This document shows positions 59,362 through 64,000 of a stretch of 64,000 bases of DNA, in pieces. The notes under the pieces were generated by a model. The model searched no databases. It worked only from the letters and a program-made list of their open reading frames with translations, and was not told where the DNA came from. The position numbers were made by a program, and so were the translations under genes. Numbering within the stretch: position 1 is the first letter of the stretch; the number at the start of each line of letters is the position of its first letter. The DNA comes from a virus: positions 1-64,000 of the IMG/VR virus record IMGVR_UViG_3300020731_000015. One strand, given 5' to 3'.

Positions 59362-60410
59362 GCGAGAACGACCCAATCGTTATCCCAATCCAAGACGGTC
59401 GGGGTATGAATCAGAAGCAAAACGGATTTGGAGTTGGTGAAGAGGGCGACCCTGCTTACACACTCACAGCCGTTGGCGGTGCTTCGGTAGCCGTTGCCTT
59501 TGATGAATACAACTTCTCGATTAGCGATACTCACCACACACTTCGGGCCGGAACTCCACAATCCACTGGCGTTATCCAGCCTGTCGTATTTGAGCCGGGT
59601 GCTATGAGCCGTATTGAGGGTCACGACCCTGCTGAAATAGCCCCAACCCTACGAGCCCATATGGGAGACAATCAGTTGGCACTCTTTTACGAAGAAGAAC
59701 TACCAGCAACCCCTACGGGGAATCTAACCCCTTGGCCAGAGATGGGTCAGCCAAATATGGTTTATCGCACCGATACCGTGACTAGGACAGTCGATAACAA
59801 TCGCCACCTAATCCTCACGCAAGCGGGGCAAGAAACGCCAACTGCTGAAAACAATTCAGAGACAGGTTGCCTAACCCCTTGGCCCGAAATGCCCCAGCCC
59901 TACAGAGTTTACGGAACAGAAACGGTGACAAGAACTGTGGACAACAACCGACACAACATACTTACGACTATTCCTATTGACATCAGAAACGCAACACGAC
60001 CACCAGACGGAGAACAAGGTATGGGTATTGGCGACAACGGCGACCCCTCAACAACAATCACCACAGGCCGAGTGCCGGGTGTATTCGCAGAGGGCGAGGA
60101 ATCATTCTCGGTCTATGAGAACCAGCGTTCAGAGGTTCGTGAGCAAACGGTATTTAACGCCCTAACGCTCGGTGGCGGAAAGCCCGGTCAGGGATACCCC
60201 ACAATCAGAACTCGCTCGGTAGTTCGCCGCCTCACTCCTATCGAGTGCGAGCGCCTACAGGGATTCCCAGACGACCACACGCTTCTCCGTGCTGATGGCA
60301 AGGAACAAGCCAATGTCCATCGCTACAAGCAGATGGGTAATGCCGTTGCTGTTCCTGTTGTTGAGTGGGTAATCGCCGGAATCGTTGAGGTTCACAACAA
60401 AGATGAGTGA
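59358..60410 (+). CDS. C5 MTase C-terminal module 1 (multiple TRD-like repeats plus motifs IX/X)
   Basis: PAYTLT, APTLRA; RRLTPIECERLQGFP..RYKQMGNAVAVPVV. Confidence 0.8.
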   Translation: MSENDPIVIPIQDGRGMNQKQNGFGVGEEGDPAYTLTAVGGASVAVAFDEYNFSISDTHHTLRAGTPQSTGVIQPVVFEPGAMSRIEGHDPAEIAPTLRAHMGDNQLALFYEEELPATPTGNLTPWPEMGQPNMVYRTDTVTRTVDNNRHLILTQAGQETPTAENNSETGCLTPWPEMPQPYRVYGTETVTRTVDNNRHNILTTIPIDIRNATRPPDGEQGMGIGDNGDPSTTITTGRVPGVFAEGEESFSVYENQRSEVREQTVFNALTLGGGKPGQGYPTIRTRSVVRRLTPIECERLQGFPDDHTLLRADGKEQANVHRYKQMGNAVAVPVVEWVIAGIVEVHNKDE

Positions 60411-60804
60411 GAATAAAGACGAAATGGTGATGCCGACCCTATTGGCTGGTATGGGCGATTCTGCCGTAGGAACGACCCAAGATGCCTACATACTCAAGTA
60501 TCTTGCCTATTCGATTAGGGAAGATGCCAAAGCAAATACCTTTAGCGCCACACCCGTAGATGTTGCTGGCACTATTTCAGCACATCAACCAAGCGTTCAG
60601 AGCCACCACGCTCAAGTGTTCGCTATCCACCCAAAGCCACGCCGTCTTCTACCCGAAGAGTGCGAGCAACTACAAGGCTTCCCTATCGGGTGGACAGACA
60701 ACGGCCAAATTGACCGATACCGATTTAAGCAAATGGGCAACGCAGTCGCCGTGCCAGTCGTTGATTGGGTCATCAAAGGAATCGTAGATGTCCACAACCG
60801 ATAA
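60403..60804 (+). CDS. C5 MTase C-terminal module 2
   Basis: RRLLPEECEQLQGFP..RFKQMGNAVAVPVV. Confidence 0.8.
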   Translation: MSENKDEMVMPTLLAGMGDSAVGTTQDAYILKYLAYSIREDAKANTFSATPVDVAGTISAHQPSVQSHHAQVFAIHPKPRRLLPEECEQLQGFPIGWTDNGQIDRYRFKQMGNAVAVPVVDWVIKGIVDVHNR

Positions 60805-61195
60805 CGACAGTCTTTATGTGACCAATCGTAGGACTGGCGCTGTAGATGAACACAAGGGCGTTTCACCAACCTTGTTGGCGTTTATGGGAACCGGTGGCGG
60901 AAATGTTCCAATTCTCGGCGGCCAACACCCACACGCAGCCGTAGGAGAGGGCGTTTCACCAACTCTTACTGCCGCTTCAGGTGGCGGTGGCGGTCACACG
61001 CCAGTAATCGCTAGTGAACTATCGGTTCGCCGTTTGACACCAGAAGAGTGCGAAGCCCTACAAGGTTTTCCTCGTGGCTGGACAGAAATCAACTCCACCA
61101 CCAACCGATACAAGGAAATGGGAAATGCCGTAGCCGTGCCTGTGGTGAATTGGATTATTGAGGGAATCGTAAAGGTTCACAATGAGCGTAAGTAG
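60788..61195 (+). CDS. C5 MTase C-terminal module 3
   Basis: SPTLLAFMGTGGGNVP; RRLTPEECEALQGFP..RYKEMGNAVAVPVV. Confidence 0.8.
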   Translation: MSTTDNDSLYVTNRRTGAVDEHKGVSPTLLAFMGTGGGNVPILGGQHPHAAVGEGVSPTLTAASGGGGGHTPVIASELSVRRLTPEECEALQGFPRGWTEINSTTNRYKEMGNAVAVPVVNWIIEGIVKVHNERK

Positions 61196-61501
61196 GAAAG
61201 TGGCGTTCTGGTCTGGTAGCGGCTTCTTTATCGAAACCTTTGCCGATGGTGATGGTGCGTTCAGACTAGTAATTCACACCCCAGACTTTGATACGCTAGA
61301 ACAGGCTCAAAAGGCCGAGACTTATTTCCAAAACCTAGTGATGAAGAGAACCAATGGCTAAATGCGCAGGACACAAGTGGATGCTGAACTTGAGTATGAA
61401 CCCCAATGTTTTCTGCTCTCTTTGCTATGTCCAATTTAAGCCAGAGAACCAGCAGATTCCTTATTACGGAGTAGTTCCAAACAAGTTTAAGGACAACCAA
61501 A

Positions 61502-61855
61502 ATGGCTAGGGGCGATAAGCGTAGTTTGGAAAAACTTGCCGATGCGCTCGAGAAGCAAGCAGAGAACTCTTCGATTATGGCAAAGAGTCTCCAAGTAGCC
61601 AGTATCTCCAACCGTGCGCTAGCGGAGTCTTATGCTGAAATGGAAGCCGAGCGAGACCATTATCGGATGGCGTTTAACCTAGCCGTTGGGCGTTTGGCGG
61701 CCTATACCCCTAACATTCCGTCACAGGCTCTCGTAGAGGGAATCTTGGGCGAAGCGTTTGCTGAAATCACGAACAGGCGTTCGGAAACTGTGCTATCCTC
61801 TTTAGATGACTTACCAGACACGAAACTACCTCACGCCAGAGGAATCCCACAATAG
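61502..61855 (+). CDS. hypothetical protein
   Basis: AAGGA RBS; helical. Confidence 0.5.
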   Translation: MARGDKRSLEKLADALEKQAENSSIMAKSLQVASISNRALAESYAEMEAERDHYRMAFNLAVGRLAAYTPNIPSQALVEGILGEAFAEITNRRSETVLSSLDDLPDTKLPHARGIPQ

Positions 61856-62210
61856 AGATGAGAAAGTAGTCCAATACATCATTTGGTATTGGGAGAAGTA
61901 TGGCTTTCCACCCTCAATCCGTTCTATTGGCAAGGCCGTAGGAATCCCCGGTCCGGCTACCACTCACGAAGTCATCAACCGACTAGTTCGCCAGAAGCGA
62001 ATCGTTCGTGACCCCGTAAACCACAAAATCCGTATCGTAAATAACGGAAAGAAAGAAACCTGCGTTCACGACTGGCGAGTGAAAAAGATAGTCAAGGGCA
62101 TAGCCAAACTCATCTGTGCCGACTGTCGGCACACGACCGAGGCGGAATACGCCCCAGACGAAGACACGCCGTTAAAGGATTTGCTGAAATACCCCGGCAA
62201 AATCAACTAG
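61806..62210 (+). CDS. LexA-like DNA-binding domain protein with C-terminal Zn finger
   Basis: YGFPPSIRSIGKAVGI..TTHEVINRL; CVHDW..CADC; no LexA peptidase domain. Confidence 0.7.
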   Translation: MTYQTRNYLTPEESHNRDEKVVQYIIWYWEKYGFPPSIRSIGKAVGIPGPATTHEVINRLVRQKRIVRDPVNHKIRIVNNGKKETCVHDWRVKKIVKGIAKLICADCRHTTEAEYAPDEDTPLKDLLKYPGKIN

Positions 62211-62234
62211 GGTAGAAGCACACAAGGAGTAATA

Positions 62235-62501
62235 ATGATTCTCAATTGGGAAGAACTAGATTTCAATCAAATCCGCGCCAAGAACGGCCCATACGAGTTC
62301 GTTCTTTGGACACCCGAAGACGAGGGCAAACTATCGGAACTTCGTATTATTCGTCGGGAGAACACGGGCGGAATGATTACGCCTATCCAAGACTTCTCAC
62401 TCTTCGTTCGCAACCAAGAGGGCGGCAAGGAAGTTGCTGAAGCGATTATGGCTGTATTCCAAACTGTCTCGGAATACAACGAGTTCACCCCACTCCAATA
62501 A
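62235..62501 (+). CDS. hypothetical protein
   Basis: AAGGAG RBS. Confidence 0.55.
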   Translation: MILNWEELDFNQIRAKNGPYEFVLWTPEDEGKLSELRIIRRENTGGMITPIQDFSLFVRNQEGGKEVAEAIMAVFQTVSEYNEFTPLQ

Positions 62502-62559
62502 GACCCTCAATCACAGGGGCATCCAAGTTCTGTGACACCCATTGAGTAAGATAGAACCT

Positions 62560-63375
62560 ATGGAATCCACACCAGTCTCGCTCGGCCCTAAGCCATACGG
62601 CGTATCACCAAGCCGAGTAAATCAGATTGAGACTTGCCCTCGCCAATACCAATACTCCACTATCCAACGCTTGCCCGAGCGCAAGAAGATGGAGACATAC
62701 CGAGGAACGGTATTCCACGCAATCCTCGAAGAGATGTTCAATCGAACTGCTGAAACGCCAGAAGAGCGAACCCTTGACTACACCCTTGCCTTGATGCGAG
62801 AGATTTTTCGTGGGCTCGTGACCCAAGAGTTTGCTGAAGAGATGGGAATAGACGAACAGGGTATCCAAGTGTTCGGTCGTGACCTAGCCAAATACATACG
62901 CACCTACTTCACTATGGAAGACCCAACCCAAGTGGTAAACGAGGGTATAGAGATAGAGATGAAAGCGGATATGGGCGGATGGATTCTCAAGGGAATCCTC
63001 GACCGCCTAGACCGAGATGACAAGGGCAACCTAATTATCGTGGACTACAAGACGGGCAAAGTGCCGGGCGACAAATACAAAGCATCAGCACTTCTGCCAG
63101 CCAAAATCTATGCCTACCTCTGTGAGACAGTTCTAGGTGAGCGGCCTACGGAAATCCGATTGCTCTATGTCCAGTTTGGAAAAACCCTCGTAGTAGAAGT
63201 GACCGATGAAGATGTCACCTACGCCGAGAAGCGAGTTCGTGAGGCTTGGGCCAAGATTGAGAATTGGTATGACCTACAGTTCTTCCCGCCAGTTCCAAAC
63301 AACTTGTGCGAGAAATGGTGTTCCTTTAAGGAAATCTGTCCTGTCTTCGCCGTTCCTGAATATTCTCCTTTCTAA
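62560..63375 (+). CDS. RecB/Cas4-family PD-(D/E)XK exonuclease
   Basis: SPS..CP, GTVFHAILE, GILDRLD..IVDYKTG, C-terminal C..WC..CP. Confidence 0.88.
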   Translation: MESTPVSLGPKPYGVSPSRVNQIETCPRQYQYSTIQRLPERKKMETYRGTVFHAILEEMFNRTAETPEERTLDYTLALMREIFRGLVTQEFAEEMGIDEQGIQVFGRDLAKYIRTYFTMEDPTQVVNEGIEIEMKADMGGWILKGILDRLDRDDKGNLIIVDYKTGKVPGDKYKASALLPAKIYAYLCETVLGERPTEIRLLYVQFGKTLVVEVTDEDVTYAEKRVREAWAKIENWYDLQFFPPVPNNLCEKWCSFKEICPVFAVPEYSPF

Positions 63376-63519
63376 GTAATAATCCCCTTTTCAGCACTTG
63401 TTTGCGAGTAGAAACACGCCCCTAAGAGTTCAACCCTTGACGATTTGGAAAATGCCTCTACGCTTTTCATTGTCAAGACCTTTGGTATTCGCTAAAGGTG
63501 AAAGTTCTTAGGAGAAGAT

Positions 63520-64000
63520 GTGGCACGAAAGTTAGTGCGACTCGCTATCAAGGAGACGTCGGGCGTTGACCGTCCGGCCCACCTACACGATGGTTGGGCT
63601 GTAATGAAGTCTGCCTCTCAATCCGACGTGACCGCCGTTCTTGACGAACTGCGCCCTGAAATCCCTTCCGTGATGGAAGCGGTTGAGGGGACCCCAGCCG
63701 AAGTTGAGAAATCAACGGAAGCAACGGTAGAGGCGACCGCCTCTGCTGAAATTATCCAGACTCCACAGGAGGACACTATGAGCGAACTGCTCAAGGCAAC
63801 CCCAGAGGTTGTAGTAATCCCAGAGGCTGCGAGCGAGGAAGAGATTATCAAGGCGATGCCCGCCGTTATCAAGAAAATGCTTGATGACTCAAAGGCTGCT
63901 GCTGAAGAGGCTCTTCTAAAGGCTGCTGCGAACGAGCGCGCCCTTATCAACGAGCGTGAAGCCCGTGCTGATGAGGCCGCTGTAATCAAGGCTGCCGAAT
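63520..64000 (+). CDS. probable capsid scaffolding protein (3'-truncated; not in the ORF track)
   Basis: AGGAG RBS plus GTG; MARKLVRLAIKETSGVDRPAHLHDGWAVMKS; Ala/Glu-rich with repeated VEK|S, LLK|A, IIK|A, VIK|A. Confidence 0.65.
   Translation, partial: MARKLVRLAIKETSGVDRPAHLHDGWAVMKSASQSDVTAVLDELRPEIPSVMEAVEGTPAEVEKSTEATVEATASAEIIQTPQEDTMSELLKATPEVVVIPEAASEEEIIKAMPAVIKKMLDDSKAAAEEALLKAAANERALINEREARADEAAVIKAAE

Noticed and set aside
62560-63375. Cas4-like nuclease as part of a CRISPR-Cas system
   Set aside because: No array or other cas genes visible; solo RecB/Cas4-family exonucleases are common in phages.
63618-63989. Minus-strand 123-aa ORF in the track
   Set aside because: Shadow of the plus-strand scaffold-like ORF that runs off the window end.
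1-64000. Alternative genetic code, integrase or transposase
   Set aside because: Long ORFs read normally with code 11 and all three stops are used; no recombinase or transposase motifs recognised.

Overview
A 64 kb segment of a large tailed dsDNA phage of about 50% GC by eye. The host is probably actinobacterial (two WhiB genes, an Rpf-like transglycosylase, leaderless promoters). Packaging and head genes are unusually dispersed: TerS at 3.8 kb, a TerL split into two ORFs at 10.4-11.9 kb, portal at 33.3 kb, an XkdF-type prohead protease at 35.0 kb and a probable scaffold starting at 63.5 kb. The most striking signal is a putative head-cargo polyprotein system. Thirteen ORFs (1-3.6 kb and 37-57 kb) carry 20 copies of a peptide tag, K|G-D/E-x-x-G-H-x-F-H/R-G-N-Q-Y/W. 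Each copy follows a hydrophobic-x-K putative maturation-protease site and precedes a different domain: several ADP-ribosyltransferase-like, GNAT, RelA/SpoT-like synthetase, ParB/Srx, zincin and His/Ala helical modules, plus an untagged HipA/PI3K-like kinase in the same polyprotein. Many of these ORFs also share an N-terminal F-x-A-E-I-E-x-W-V-R-I-A-K leader. Other highlights: a fragmented C5 DNA methyltransferase (alternative-frame subunit, candidate -1 frameshift, three tandem C-terminal modules), a self-contained structured ncRNA near 57.3 kb, a HiPIP-like domain inside the protease precursor, two heavily repeated 8-mers, and apparent avoidance of GATC/AGCT/CATG. All family calls are by motif recognition only; no searches were run.
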